Source: Candidatus Omnitrophota bacterium
GTDB taxonomy: Bacteria > Omnitrophota > Gorgyraeia > B26-G9 > JBDRCZ01
DNA length: 64,000 bases
Direction: 5' to 3'
NCBI GenBank assembly: GCA_043821285.1
Contig: JBDRCZ010000056.1
Span: 792 to 64,791, forward strand
The position numbers and the translations under genes were made by a program. The notes below the pieces were generated by a model, which worked only from the letters and a program-made list of their open reading frames with translations, searched no databases and was not told the DNA's origin. Below are positions 21,862 to 34,025 of the stretch, piece after piece (position 1 is the first letter of the stretch; each line of letters opens with the position of its first letter).

Positions 21862-22923
21862 ATGGTTATAAAACGTCGAAAAACACGGGTAGTTAAAGTT
21901 GGGAATTTAAAGATTGGCGGTAATAATCCGGTTTCTGTCCAATCAATGACCAAGACGAAAACCCATGATATAAAAAAGACCGTTTTAGAGATAAGACGGT
22001 TAGAAAAAGCCGGCTGCGAATTGGTCCGGGTGGCGGTGCCGGATATGGCTGCGGCCGGGTGTATTAGAGAGATAAAAAAACGCATAACCGTACCGATTGT
22101 TGCGGATATCCATTTTAATTATAAATTAGCGATTGCCGCGATAAGTAGTGGCGCGGATAAGATAAGACTTAATCCCGGGAACATCTATGAACGCAAACAA
22201 TTGATTAAAGTGCTAAATATTGCAAAGGAGAAAAACATTGCTATTAGAATTGGCACAAATGCCGGCTCGGTTAAAAGAAAAAGCCAGAGTATTGTTGATT
22301 CTTTAGTTGGAGGTGTCTTAGAACAAGTGCGTTTTTTTGAACGCCATAAATTCTATAATATTGTAATTTCTGTAAAGGCCTCAGATGTTATTACAACAAT
22401 TACGGCCTATCGTAAGATTGCTAAAAGCTGTGATTATCCCTTACATCTCGGGGTTACTGCCAGCGGTACTCTTTTTTCCGGAGGGATAAAGTCCGCAATT
22501 GGTATTGGTGCATTACTTGTTGAGGGAATAGGGGATACGATTAGAGTCTCGTTAAATACCCGTCCGGAAGAGGAGATTGTTACTGGCAGAGAGATTTTGA
22601 GTTCACTGAGAGTTAGGTGTTTTGGTCCGGAAATTATTGCCTGTCCGACTTGCGGACGTTGTGAAGTAGACTTGATAAAAGTCGTACAAAAATTTGAACA
22701 GAAATTAAAGGCGTTGCCTTGGAAAACTAAGTTAGCCGGTATAAAAGTGGCAATAATGGGCTGTGTGGTTAACGGACCGCAGGAAGCAAGAGATGCAGAT
22801 TTTGGTGTGGCCTGTGGACGAAACTGTGGTATAATTTTTAAAAAGGGTAAGATTTTAAAAAAGGTCAAAGAAAATAAATTAGTTTATTCATTATTTCAGG
22901 AGATAAAAGATGCATTTGTCTAA
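21862..22923 (+). CDS. ispG: HMBPP synthase
   Basis: VQSMT, ADIHF, RLNPGN, CPTCGR, MGCVVNGP. Confidence 0.97.
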   Translation: MVIKRRKTRVVKVGNLKIGGNNPVSVQSMTKTKTHDIKKTVLEIRRLEKAGCELVRVAVPDMAAAGCIREIKKRITVPIVADIHFNYKLAIAAISSGADKIRLNPGNIYERKQLIKVLNIAKEKNIAIRIGTNAGSVKRKSQSIVDSLVGGVLEQVRFFERHKFYNIVISVKASDVITTITAYRKIAKSCDYPLHLGVTASGTLFSGGIKSAIGIGALLVEGIGDTIRVSLNTRPEEEIVTGREILSSLRVRCFGPEIIACPTCGRCEVDLIKVVQKFEQKLKALPWKTKLAGIKVAIMGCVVNGPQEARDADFGVACGRNCGIIFKKGKILKKVKENKLVYSLFQEIKDAFV

Positions 22924-24652
22924 AACGTTAATGCCGACATTAAAAGAGAATCCGAGTGATGCCGAAACAATAAGCCATAAGCTGATGCTTAGAGCAGGGC
23001 TTATCCGGAAGCTTTCCAGCGGGGTGTATTCATATCTGCCGCTGGGATTAAAAGTGCTTAAAAAAGTTGAAAAAATCGTGCGGGAAGAAATGGATAAAGC
23101 CGGGGCATTAGAGGTGCTTTTGCCGGCTTTGCAGCCGGTGGAGCTGTGGCAGCAGACCGGCAGATTTGAAACTTTAGGACAGGATTTGATATCGTTTGTT
23201 GACCGCCATGGCAAAAGAATAGTGCTTGGGCCAACCCATGAAGAAGTAATAACCGCTTTGGTAAAAAACGAGGTGAGTTCCTACAAACAGTTGCCGCTTA
23301 TAATTTACCAGATTCAGACAAAATTCCGGGACGAGGTACGGCCAAGATTTGGAGTTATCCGCTGCCGGGAGTTTATGATGAAAGATGCCTATAGTTTTGA
23401 CACTGATGTTCAGGGATTAGATATAAGTTATAAAAAAATGTATGCCGCCTATTGTGCGATCTTAAAAAGATGCGGATTATCATATATTGCGGTTCAGGCT
23501 GATCCGGGGATTATGGGTGGTGATGAATCAAGCGAGTTTATGGCTGCGGCCGAACACGGAGAAGATATAGTCGTGCATTGTACAAATTGCGGCTATGCGG
23601 CAAGCATTGCTAAAGCAGAATGCCGGGATCCAGTTGCGGTTACATATAAGCCTTATGAATTACTGCCCATGGGAGAAATTGAAACGCCGGGAATTACTTC
23701 CGTAGCTGATGTAAGCACCTTTTTAAAAGTCGAGCTGGATAAATTAATGAAAACAATGCTTTATATTACTAAAGATGAAGAAATAGTTGCGGTGCTTGTT
23801 CGAGGTAATTATGATGTAAATGAAGCAAAATTATGCCGTATTTTAAAAACAAATAATCTCAAAATGGCCGACCGCCAGACAATAGAAAAAATAACTAACG
23901 GAGAAATGGGATTTAGCGGACCGGTCGGACTTAAAAATGTTAAGATTATTGCCGATTTTTCAGTCAAAGACGGCAATAATTTTATTACCGGCGCAAATAA
24001 GAAAGACCAGCATTTGACTAATGTAAATCCATGGCGTGATTTTGATGTTCATGTCTGGGCGGATGTACGTTGTTTTACCGCGCAGGATTTATGTCCAGGT
24101 TGTCAAAGTCAGGTAACCGTCCAGCGGGCAATAGAAGTAGGACATGTATTTAAGCTGGGCACAAAATATACCAGAAGTCTTAATGCCTTTTATCTTGACG
24201 AACAGGGCCGGCAAAACCTGATAATTATGGGATGTTACGGGATTGGCGTAAGCAGAATAATTGCCGCGGTCGTAGAGCAAAATAATGATTGTGAAGGGAT
24301 TATTTGGCCGGAAGAGATTGCCCCGTATCAGGTGGTGATTTTACCGTTGAATATTGACAATAAAGCTTTAAACGATACCGCAATTAAAATTTATAACCAA
24401 CTACTTAAGCTGGGGATTGATGTTTTGATTGATGACCGAAATGAACGTGCCGGGGTTAAATTTAAGGACGCAGATTTATCCGGTATTCCGCTGCAAGTTA
24501 TTATCGGAGAAAATTCACTGGCAAAGAAAAATGTTGAAGTAAAGATAAGAAAAATAAAAGAAAAAATTGTTGTGAAACAGGATTTAGTAATTGAAGAGAT
24601 TTGTAAAATCTTAAAACCACATGACAATTCAAAATTAAAAAACAAAAAGTAA
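22910..24652 (+). CDS. proS: Proline--tRNA ligase
   Basis: GPTHEE, FRDEVRPRFG, EF.MKDAYSF, MGCYGIG, INS editing domain. Confidence 0.98.
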   Translation: MHLSKTLMPTLKENPSDAETISHKLMLRAGLIRKLSSGVYSYLPLGLKVLKKVEKIVREEMDKAGALEVLLPALQPVELWQQTGRFETLGQDLISFVDRHGKRIVLGPTHEEVITALVKNEVSSYKQLPLIIYQIQTKFRDEVRPRFGVIRCREFMMKDAYSFDTDVQGLDISYKKMYAAYCAILKRCGLSYIAVQADPGIMGGDESSEFMAAAEHGEDIVVHCTNCGYAASIAKAECRDPVAVTYKPYELLPMGEIETPGITSVADVSTFLKVELDKLMKTMLYITKDEEIVAVLVRGNYDVNEAKLCRILKTNNLKMADRQTIEKITNGEMGFSGPVGLKNVKIIADFSVKDGNNFITGANKKDQHLTNVNPWRDFDVHVWADVRCFTAQDLCPGCQSQVTVQRAIEVGHVFKLGTKYTRSLNAFYLDEQGRQNLIIMGCYGIGVSRIIAAVVEQNNDCEGIIWPEEIAPYQVVILPLNIDNKALNDTAIKIYNQLLKLGIDVLIDDRNERAGVKFKDADLSGIPLQVIIGENSLAKKNVEVKIRKIKEKIVVKQDLVIEEICKILKPHDNSKLKNKK

Positions 24653-24706
24653 CCACAGATTGCTCAGATTGCACAGATAGTTATTTTAAAAATAAATGAG
24701 ATATCA

Positions 24707-25480
24707 ATGATGAATAGATTTTTGAGAGTAATTAGTTGTATAATGCTATTTTTTATCCTAGGTTGTGCGACCGAATTTAATCTTGCAACAAAACAGGAAG
24801 AGATTATTTCCATTTCTACGGATCGTGAAGTAAATATCGGACGTTCTGCTTCCCAGCAGGTTGAGAAAAGATTTAAGGTTTTGGAAGATATTGAGGTACA
24901 GAATCGTGTTTCTGAAATTGGCCGGCGTATTGTCGCGGTTTGTGACCGGCAAGATATATCGTATTATTTTAAAGTATTAGATGAAGATGAAAAGAATGCC
25001 TTTGCCCTACCGGGGGGATATGTGTATATCTTTTCCGGATTAATGAAAGATATAGAAAATGATTCTGAACTCGCGACAGTTTTAGCGCATGAAGTTGGGC
25101 ATATTGCTGCAAAGCATGCTGTAAAACGTATGCAGGCAGCATTAGGTTACGAACTGCTAATAATAATTGCCTCACAAACAGCAGAGAACAGCACCTCCTT
25201 TGCCAGAATTAATCAAGGGATTAATGAATTATTTCTTGCCTATTCCCGGGAAGATGAGCTCCAGGCCGACCGGCTGGCCGCGCGCTATATAAAAAAAGCG
25301 GGATTTTCTCCCGCGGCCGTAGTTACCTTTCTGGAAAAGTTAAAAAAAACAAAATGGAATGAGCCGCTAAGACAGCAGTATCTACGTACGCATCCTTATA
25401 TTGATGACCGCATCAGAGTAGTAAAAGAGGAGCTTTACGGAAGTTACGATTTCAAAGATTATATTAATATTAGTGAATAG
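24707..25480 (+). CDS. M48 metallopeptidase lipoprotein
   Basis: ILGC lipobox, NAFALPGG, HEVGH, E..AD, THP. Confidence 0.93.
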   Translation: MMNRFLRVISCIMLFFILGCATEFNLATKQEEIISISTDREVNIGRSASQQVEKRFKVLEDIEVQNRVSEIGRRIVAVCDRQDISYYFKVLDEDEKNAFALPGGYVYIFSGLMKDIENDSELATVLAHEVGHIAAKHAVKRMQAALGYELLIIIASQTAENSTSFARINQGINELFLAYSREDELQADRLAARYIKKAGFSPAAVVTFLEKLKKTKWNEPLRQQYLRTHPYIDDRIRVVKEELYGSYDFKDYINISE

Positions 25481-25488
25481 GGGGGAAT

Positions 25489-26151
25489 ATGGACGATTTT
25501 ATAAAGGATGATTTTACTACGGAAGAAACCTGGCGGATTTTTAGGATTATGGCGGAGTTTGTTGATGGGTTTGAGACCCTTGCCAAAATAGGACCGGCGG
25601 TGTCTATCTTCGGTTCTGCCAGGATGTCAAAAAACAATCCATATTATCGGTTAGCTCAAGACATTGCGTTTTTTCTCGTAAAAGAGGGTTATGCGATAAT
25701 TACCGGCGGCGGACCGGGCATAATGGAAGCGGCGAATAAAGGGGCAAAAATTGCCAAGGGAAAATCGGTCGGTTTAAATATACACCTCCCCCTGGAGCAG
25801 AAACCAAATCCATACATATCAACCTTACTGGAATTCAGATATTTTTTCTGCCGTAAAGTAATGTTTGTAAAATATGCTAAGGCATTTGTAATTATGCCAG
25901 GCGGTTATGGCACCCTTGATGAGCTTTTTGAATCGATAACCTTAGTCCAAACCAAACGCATTCAACCGTTTCCGATTATCCTGGTCGGCAGTAAATATTG
26001 GCAAGGATTAAAAAAATGGATAGAAAAGGTATTATTAAAACACGGCTATATTACGAAAAAGGATTTAAATATTATTAAAATTGTAGATAAGCCGATGGAT
26101 GTTGTTTGTGAAATAAAAAGATATTATCAGCTGCTTGGGAGTAAGAGTTAG
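25489..26151 (+). CDS. LOG family nucleotide phosphoribohydrolase (TIGR00730)
   Basis: FGSAR, TGGGPGIMEA, PGGYGTLDE. Confidence 0.93.
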   Translation: MDDFIKDDFTTEETWRIFRIMAEFVDGFETLAKIGPAVSIFGSARMSKNNPYYRLAQDIAFFLVKEGYAIITGGGPGIMEAANKGAKIAKGKSVGLNIHLPLEQKPNPYISTLLEFRYFFCRKVMFVKYAKAFVIMPGGYGTLDELFESITLVQTKRIQPFPIILVGSKYWQGLKKWIEKVLLKHGYITKKDLNIIKIVDKPMDVVCEIKRYYQLLGSKS

Positions 26152-26156
26152 AATTT

Positions 26157-27884
26157 ATGAACTGGATAAGTGCAACAATTGGAATTAATATTGGGTTTAA
26201 GTTAGGGGTAGTATTAATCCTGATTATTTCTTTTTTAGAAAATAGAAATAAGGTTATTTGTTGGTGGATAATTGGCTGGTTCTTTCTGATCTTACACAGT
26301 ATTTTTAATTTTATTCTTCTGGAAAATGGGAATACGATGACTTTTTTCATCAACGACATGTGTCTGTCCATAGCCGCAGTTGCATTTTTAGAAAGTATCG
26401 GACATATGAAATACAAGATTTACGGTCAGCATCACTGGATTAGCATAAATTTATTTATTTTAAGCGGGTTAATTGTTTATTATTTAACTTTTTTTCGGCG
26501 AGATTATCAGTTAAGTGATAATTTTGTTTCGTTAATTAATGGGATATGCTTAGTGATTTGTTCTATTTATTATTTTAGATCCGAGAAAATTTGCCCTTCA
26601 ACGCAGTTTATTTTTGTCGGGCTTTTGATCGGGGGGATACATTCTTTAATTTATTCCATACTTGAGCCAAGACATTGGCTTACCCATTCGCGGTTTATCT
26701 TATCAGGTCTTTTTTCCCTGATTTTCGGGATTGGCTTGATTATCCGAAGTTTTGAAAATTTACTCCGCAGAAAGATTTTAACCGAGATGATGAGTAAAAA
26801 ACTTTCCTTTATTGACAAAATATCTAAGTCCGTTACCCGTCCGGTTAATTTAGATTTGATTTTAGATGATGTTTTAGGAAAAGTTTTAGAGTTAAGCGGT
26901 ATTGATTGCGGCTGTATCTATGTTTTTGATGAAGTTAAAGAAGAATTGGTTGTCAGGGTAAGCCGTGGATTTTCCTACCGGTATATTCAACATTATGGAC
27001 GTTTGAAAAAAGATGAAGGGATCGCGGGTATGGCGATTATGAAACATCATGCGCAAATCATTGATGATCTACGTGATTTAAAACAACAAAAAGAATTTAA
27101 TATTGCCCGACAGGAAAAAGTGGTTACATTAATCAGCATTCCGTTAATCAGCAAAGAGATAATTGTTGGGGCGCTGGATATTGCCGCGTTTGATAAAAAA
27201 GTATTTGATAAACCGCAGCTTCAACTTTTATCCTCCATTGCCGATGCGATTGCCGTGTCTATTGAAAACACTAAGCTCTACAACAGTATGGAACAGATTT
27301 ATATGCATACGATTACCGCCTTAGCTAAAGCGATTGATGCCAAAGACGCATATACGCGCATGCACTCGGAACAGGTTGCCATGTATGCTGCGTTTATTGC
27401 TGATGAGCTTAATTTATCGGACGAAGAGAAGGAAAAATTAAAATTGGCCTGCTGTTTACATGATATCGGCAAAATTGCGATTGACGATTCCATATTAACA
27501 AAGCCTACCGCACTTAATGATCAGGAGTGGAAAATCATGAAATCACATTCCCAAAAAGGTGCGGATATTTTAGAACCGCTGCAATATTTATACGGCCGGC
27601 CGGATGGCATACTCGACCTGATAAAATACCATCACGAGCGTTGTGATGGCAAAGGCTACCCCCAGGGCTATTTGGATAAAGATATTCCCTTAGGGGCAAA
27701 GATTCTCACGATTGCTGATGCTTATGATGCGATGATTACGGATCGTGCATACCGCAAGGCCCTCACCTCGGAAGAAGCGCGTAAGGAACTATTACGTTGT
27801 TCGGACACGCAATTTGATGCAAAGATTGTCAAGGTTTTTTTAAGAGTATTAGACAGACTGGATGATGAGGGGCATAAAAAATAA
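26157..27884 (+). CDS. Membrane GAF + HD-GYP phosphodiesterase
   Basis: Multi-TM N-terminus, GAF domain, HDIGK and HHER.DG.GYP. Confidence 0.92.
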   Translation: MNWISATIGINIGFKLGVVLILIISFLENRNKVICWWIIGWFFLILHSIFNFILLENGNTMTFFINDMCLSIAAVAFLESIGHMKYKIYGQHHWISINLFILSGLIVYYLTFFRRDYQLSDNFVSLINGICLVICSIYYFRSEKICPSTQFIFVGLLIGGIHSLIYSILEPRHWLTHSRFILSGLFSLIFGIGLIIRSFENLLRRKILTEMMSKKLSFIDKISKSVTRPVNLDLILDDVLGKVLELSGIDCGCIYVFDEVKEELVVRVSRGFSYRYIQHYGRLKKDEGIAGMAIMKHHAQIIDDLRDLKQQKEFNIARQEKVVTLISIPLISKEIIVGALDIAAFDKKVFDKPQLQLLSSIADAIAVSIENTKLYNSMEQIYMHTITALAKAIDAKDAYTRMHSEQVAMYAAFIADELNLSDEEKEKLKLACCLHDIGKIAIDDSILTKPTALNDQEWKIMKSHSQKGADILEPLQYLYGRPDGILDLIKYHHERCDGKGYPQGYLDKDIPLGAKILTIADAYDAMITDRAYRKALTSEEARKELLRCSDTQFDAKIVKVFLRVLDRLDDEGHKK

Positions 27885-27974
27885 TAAAAATAATAAAAAT
27901 AATAAATTTTCCGCAAAGCCGCCAAGCAGGCAAAGAAATATATGGTATGAATAACCAAAAAGGAGAATAAAACT

Positions 27975-28328
27975 ATGGGTGTTACGTATGTTGAAGGTCA
28001 AGTGAAAGGATTATCGGGTAAACAAGAAAACGTGAGATTTCTTGTAGATAGTGGTGCAACATATTCGCTTTTGCCAAAAGCGGTGTGGGAAGCAATAGGC
28101 CTCGTGCCTAAACGAAAACTGTCGTTTACGCTTGCTGATGGTACCATAGTTGAAAGACAGGTGTCGGAAGCATTAGTTAGCTTCCCGCAAGGAGAAGCGC
28201 ATACACCAGTGATTTTAGGTGAAAAAGATGATGAAGCATTGTTAGGAGTAGTCACCTTGGAGATTTTGGGCCTGGTATTTAACCCTTTTAATCGCACACT
28301 TCATCCTATGCGGATGTTATTATATTAA
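27975..28328 (+). CDS. Clan AA (retropepsin-like) aspartyl protease
   Basis: LVDSGA catalytic motif, LADG, LLGVVTLE. Confidence 0.88.
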   Translation: MGVTYVEGQVKGLSGKQENVRFLVDSGATYSLLPKAVWEAIGLVPKRKLSFTLADGTIVERQVSEALVSFPQGEAHTPVILGEKDDEALLGVVTLEILGLVFNPFNRTLHPMRMLLY

Positions 28329-28559
28329 TGTAAAAAGTTGAATTAAAAATTTAAAATACTTCCTTTGTCAAGACCAAAGTTAAGGGAATTTAAGGTGAGG
28401 AATTTTCTAAAGAAGCCTCACCTTGTTTAAGCCCTCCTTTCGTCAAAATTTACTGTACTCTCAAAAAACTTGCCTCTTAAACGCCTCTGCATGCAACGAT
28501 CTCAAAACGAATCAATCCCAGATATGGCGGAAAACTTTGTTTACAAGATTAAAGAACCA

Positions 28560-31500
28560 AAAATTACCAATGGGCGCGTATATCCTGGAGGCAAATGCTT
28601 CGGGTAAAAAAAGCCGGCAGTTACTTCTGGTAAGTAATGCCGCCTGTGTGTTAAAGACATCACCAAGCCAGGCGCTGGTGTATTTTTGCAATGCTAATGA
28701 CGGAGCGCCGATTGCTGATGCCGTGGTTTGCCTTTGGGAGAGATTTTATTCCAATGGGAATTGGCAGTGGATAGAGCAGAAAAAGAATACGGATAAAAAC
28801 GGCCTTTGTGTGTTTGATTTGAAAAGCGCTGATAACCGCAAAGAAATTTTTGCTGCCGCGGTGCGGGAAAATCAGCAGGCGTTTAGCTTAGGCAGCAGTG
28901 ATAATTACCGCAGGAATGATCTGCTGTGGAAAGTTTACGCGTTTTGCGACCGTCCGGCGTACCGGCCGAATGAAACAGTTCAGTGGAAAATTTTTGCCAG
29001 GGCTTATGACCAAGGGGGATATTCTACGCCGGCAAATAAGAAAATCAAATATCAGATTTATGATCCGCGCAATACAAAGATAAAGGAAGAAATGGTCGGT
29101 TTAAATTCCTTTGGCTCTGCCTGGGGTGAGCTTGAGCTTACAGAAGTCATGCCTTTGGGAGAGTACCGGGTGAATTTTTATAGTGTGGAGACCTTGCCGG
29201 GGGGTAAAAAAGAAGAGTATATTGGCAGTGCCGTGCTATTTCGACTGGAAGAATATAAATTGCCGGAGTTTAAGGTAAGTATCAGTACTCCCCTTGAAAA
29301 CGGCAAAAAGAAGATATTTCAAACCGGCGGCATAGTTGAGGCAAAGATTCAGGCGGACTATTATTTTGGCGGGCCGGTGGCGAATGCTGATGTTGAGGTG
29401 CTTGTTTATCAAAACCCGTTTTATCATTTTTGGTATCCAGAGCGCGATTATCCATGGTATTACAAGGATATGCAGACAAGTTATGAGCAATACCGCAATT
29501 ATCGCGGCGGTCAGATAGTAAAACGCGAGCAGATAAAGACAGATGTTCAGGGCAGGGCAATCGTAAAGTTTCAAAGCCCGCAAAACTCAGGCGGGGATTT
29601 TGAATACCGTATTGAGGCGCGGGTCACGGATTCATCACGCCGGGAGATTATTGCGCAGGACACGGTTAAGGTAACCATGCAGGGATATTATGTGTATCTT
29701 AAAAATAAGCATAATCTGATTAAGCCTCAGGATAAGGTAGAGATAGATATTAAAACCCTGGACGCAAATAACCAGCCGTATTTGGCCCAAGGCACGATAA
29801 AGGTGACCCGGGATTATTGGTTTGAAATCTGGGTTGCACCGGACGGCCGGGAAATAAAGGGCCAGGAGCTGGAACTACTGCGAAAAAAACATGAACTCTT
29901 TCCGCCGCAGACATCCTCCGGCAGTAAAGACTGGCAGTTGAAATTCCGCGGCTATGAGCAGGAGGAGATCTTAACGCGCACAATTAAAACCGACGAGCAG
30001 GGCGAGGCAGAGTTTAGTTTTGTGCCGGAACACGAAGGCTATTACTGTGTTAACTGGTACAGTAAAGATAAGCGAAAAAATCCGATCAATGCTCAGACAA
30101 CTGTCTGGGCCGCGGATAATCAGACAACCGAGCTTGGCTACCGGCATGGAGGTGTTGAGATTATTATAGATAAAGACACATTTAAAAGCGGGCAGACCGC
30201 GCCAATAATGTTAAGTGTGCCGGTAAACGACAGATATGTTTTATTCAGCGTAGAGGCGGATGATTTTTACAGCTATGAGCTTTTGCATTTAAAGGGCACG
30301 GTTAAATTTATTGAACTGCCGATTAAAGAGTCTCATGTGCCGAATATTTTTCTCAGCGCGGTAATGGTCAGTGACCAGCAGATATTTATCGATACAAAGC
30401 AGGTGGTTGTGCCGCCGGTTGAGCATTTTATTGATGTTGCGGTAAACGCGGATAAAGCTCAGTACCAGCCGCAGGAATCCGGCAAGTTTTGGGTAATGAC
30501 AAAAGATCACAAAGGTAATCCTGTATCCTGCGAGTTAGCATTAGGGGTGGTGGATGAGTCTGTATATTATATCCAGTCGGATTACGACCTAGACCCCAGA
30601 GAGTTTTTCTACGGGCAGAAGCGGTCTGCTCATATCCAGACCCAAAGCACATTTAATCAGAAAAGTTATATTTGTCTGGTAAGAGGCGCGAATGAACAGC
30701 TTGTTGACGTGCGGTATAAAGGTAACCGGCAGGATTGGAATGAGGAAGGAGATGTAGGTGGTAAATATTCTGCGGTGTCATTAGATGGTCGTTTAGGTTT
30801 TGATGCCTCTACCCTGAGAGAGGTTTGTAAAAGCGAAGTAGCTGTAGAAGAAATGAGTGGCATTAAAAAATGTATTTCTGCCGGCTCGATGGACTTTTAT
30901 GATGATAAAGCAAAAGAGGATTTTGAGCAAAAACCAGTTATAGACAAAAATGGCATTTTTTCACCTTCACAGGGGGCCTCAGCTGCGGTGCAGGTTAGAA
31001 GTGATTTTCGTTCGACAATATTCTGGCAGCCGGATATAGTTACGGATAAAAACGGCCGCGCAGAGGTTGATGTTAATTTTGCGGATTCTTTAACCGCATG
31101 GAAGGCATGTGCACGGGTCTTAAGCCCGGTTAATCAGTTTGGTATTGCTTACACTTCAGTGCGGACTAAAAAACCTTTGATTGTCCGGCTGCAGGCGCCG
31201 CGCTTTTTTGTTGTTGGGGACATGGCAGCAGTATCCGGTGTGATTAATAATAATACGGATGAGAATCTTACGGTCACGCCGGTTTTAAAGGTTAAGGGTC
31301 TGGTTATCAGCGGGCTCTATTCCGGCGGCAGGGTCGTAAAGGGTGAGCAGGGTCCGGTTAAGGTAAAGGCTAATAGCCAAGAGCGGGTTGACTGGGCAAT
31401 ATCCGTGCAGGAAGTTGGAACGGCAAAAATACAGGTAACTGCACAAGCTGACAAATACGCAGATGTCATGGAAAGGACATATCCTGTATATGAACACGGC

Positions 31501-33036
31501 ATGGAAAAATTTATTGCCAGAGCCGGTAAACTGCGCGCGGATGAGGCTGTCTTAACCCTTGATCTGCCTAAAGAGCGCGGTAAGGGGTCAACGATAATGC
31601 AGGTGCAGCTTAGCCCGAGCATGGCAGTTACCATGCTCGATAGCCTGCCGTATTTGATTGATTATCCTTACGGGTGCGTGGAGCAGACCATGAGCCGGTT
31701 TTTGCCGGCAGCAATTTGTTTAAATACGCTTAAAGATTTAGGACTGGATCCGGATACGGTTATGCGTAAAATTTTCGGCGGTATTGAGCCGGCATATACG
31801 GAAAAGACACACAGTAAAGGAAAACAGGATTTAAATAAATTAAATGACATGATTAAAAAAGGCATGGAGCGTTTATATGATTTTCAGCATTCAGACGGCA
31901 GCTGGGGCTGGTGGAAAGAAGGAGAGAGTGATCATTTTATGAGCGCTTATGTTCTCTGGGGGCTTTCGTTAGCGCATCAGGCGCGGGTGGAGGTAAAAAG
32001 AAATATTATTGAGCGCGGAGCCGCTTATTTAGAAAAAGAGATCGTAGAGGAAGAGGACAATTATGATCTTCAGGCATGGATACTGCACGCATTATCTAAT
32101 TACCGCGCGGTCTTTGATAAAGGCCGGGCTAAGGAATTTGAGCAAAAGGCATTGGATAATCTTTGGAAAAACCGGGACAAGTTAAACGCTTATACCCGGG
32201 CACTGCTGTCCTTGTCCGCGCATAATTTCAAAGACGAAGAAAAGGCACGAATTCTGGTACGCAATCTGGAAAACGGGGTAAAGACAGATGATACCCCGGA
32301 CACTTCAGCGATCCAGCGCGGCAGCCAAAAGTCAGAGGAGGCAGTTATTGGTACCGCACATTGGGGAGAGGATGGTATCTACTGGCGCTGGTCAGACGGC
32401 GGGGTTGAGGCAACCGCGTTTGCTTTAAAGGCGCTGGTGACAATAGACCCTGAGAATAAGCTGATTGAGCCGGTAAGTAACTGGCTGTTAAAAAACCGGC
32501 GCGGCAGTCAGTGGAAAAGTACCCGGGATACAGCGATTGTAATCATGGCCTTTAATGATTATTTAAAACAAAGCGGCGAAAGGATTGAGACGGTAATCAC
32601 GATTGAGGCAAAGAATAATTATGAATACCTTGTGTTTGAGGATTTAAAGCCAGCGGGTTTTGAAGCAGTACAGGTAAAAAGCGGGGAGCCGATGTATGCA
32701 AAAGAGCTAAAATCTGCGGCAGTTGAACGGAGTTTTGGCAATACAGTGAAGAAAAAATCCGCGGTTTTAGAATCTAATTCCTTAACCGGTGTACCGTTAT
32801 CTGGTCAGGAGGATACGGAATATACCGGCCGGACCCGCTGGGTATACCAGGAACTACGCGACCGCAAGACAGCCTTATTTATCGATAAACTGCCGGAAGG
32901 GGTTTGGGAAATACGCTATGAATTAAGGGCAGAGGTTCCGGGCAGGTTTCATGTCCTGCCAATAACCGGGTACGCGATGTATGTGCCGGAAATCCGGGCA
33001 AACGGCCAGGAGATTAGGGTTGAGGTGAGTGAATAA
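28560..33036 (+). pseudogene. Bacterial alpha-2-macroglobulin, N-terminally truncated and apparently internally deleted (frame open from 28423)
   Basis: DRPAYRP (MG2), EEYK.PEF, VRSDF, YPYGCVEQ thioester motif, AMYVPE; no signal peptide; thioester domain runs straight into the terminal domain. Confidence 0.75.
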
Positions 33037-33483
33037 AAATTTATCCGCGGAAGCTTTAGCAAAGGGGAATAAATTTTTTGTGCGAAGCAAAAAAAATATG
33101 GGTCAAAACAAAACACGGGGGTCAGCTATTTAGATTTTTATCAACCCCGCATGTGCGGGATTTCGCTTAATGCATATATTAAGATTCTCAAGAAAAAACA
33201 TCCTAACAATTAGATGATGCCTTATAAAAATTTGTCAAATCACCCATAGCTGATTAAAAAGAAAGCATAATGCCTAATTTTAAGATAAAAAGGAAAAAAG
33301 AGTTTTAAAAAGCAAGGATTATGCGGTATAATTGTTGTAGGGAGATTAAAATGAATGACGATACCAACACATTACTTGAATCATTGTTGAGAGTATCTCG
33401 TTTAAAGTCGGTGGGAAATGTTTTCACCAAATTGCTGGAGAAAAATAGTATTACAAAACGATGTTTTGCTACGAGAGGTGAAT

Positions 33484-33726
33484 ATGCATGAATCACATTT
33501 GATTGAACCGATAATCAAGGGAATCGCGGAACACGCAGAAAAAGAAGGAGCGCGTGTCGTATCTAGGGTAAGGTTAAAAGTCGGAGAGTTTACCGGGGTG
33601 CGTGAGGAATCATTCCGCGAGACATTTGCTGTTTTGGCAAAAGGGACGGTGCTTGAAAATGCCGAGCTTGAAGTTACCTTTTTTCCTGGGTCAAGGATAG
33701 AGGTGGTATCATTCGACATAGAATAG
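33484..33726 (+). CDS. hypA: HypA/HybF-like nickel metallochaperone lacking the Zn-finger
   Basis: GAGGTG RBS; MHE start, V..VRLKVGEFTGV, GTVLENAEL, terminal IEVVSFDIE; no CxxC. Confidence 0.85.
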   Translation: MHESHLIEPIIKGIAEHAEKEGARVVSRVRLKVGEFTGVREESFRETFAVLAKGTVLENAELEVTFFPGSRIEVVSFDIE

Positions 33727-33807
33727 CCAAGGTCAGCGATAAGAATGAGTAATGAAATAACAAGGGGTCGATTCGATAATAGTAATGAAGAGAAAGTCTG
33801 TAGACCT

Positions 33808-33940
33808 TAAATCCAAATGACAAATCCCAAATGACAAATGGAAAAACTTAAATGTTTTTCTTTTTAAAGATTGAAATATTTAAAGATTCATTTGCCTGTC
33901 TGTCGCAGGCAGGGATTTTGTCATTTGGAATTTGACATTG
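33808..33940. repeat. 7-nt periodic inverted repeat element (CAAATGA type) with embedded CCTG..GGCAGG hairpin
   Basis: ccaaatgacaaatcccaaatgacaaat ... ttttgtcatttggaatttgacatt. Confidence 0.7.
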
Positions 33941-34025
33941 CCGGTATATTGCCTTATCAGGCAGTATGCATGTTAATTATAATGAGTTATTAGATGTTGA
34001 TTATATGTTATGGAGCATGAATGCC

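Noticed and set aside
33412-33429. Rex operator upstream of hypA
   Set aside because: Only a partial match to TTGTGAA-N4-TTCACAA; left arm poor
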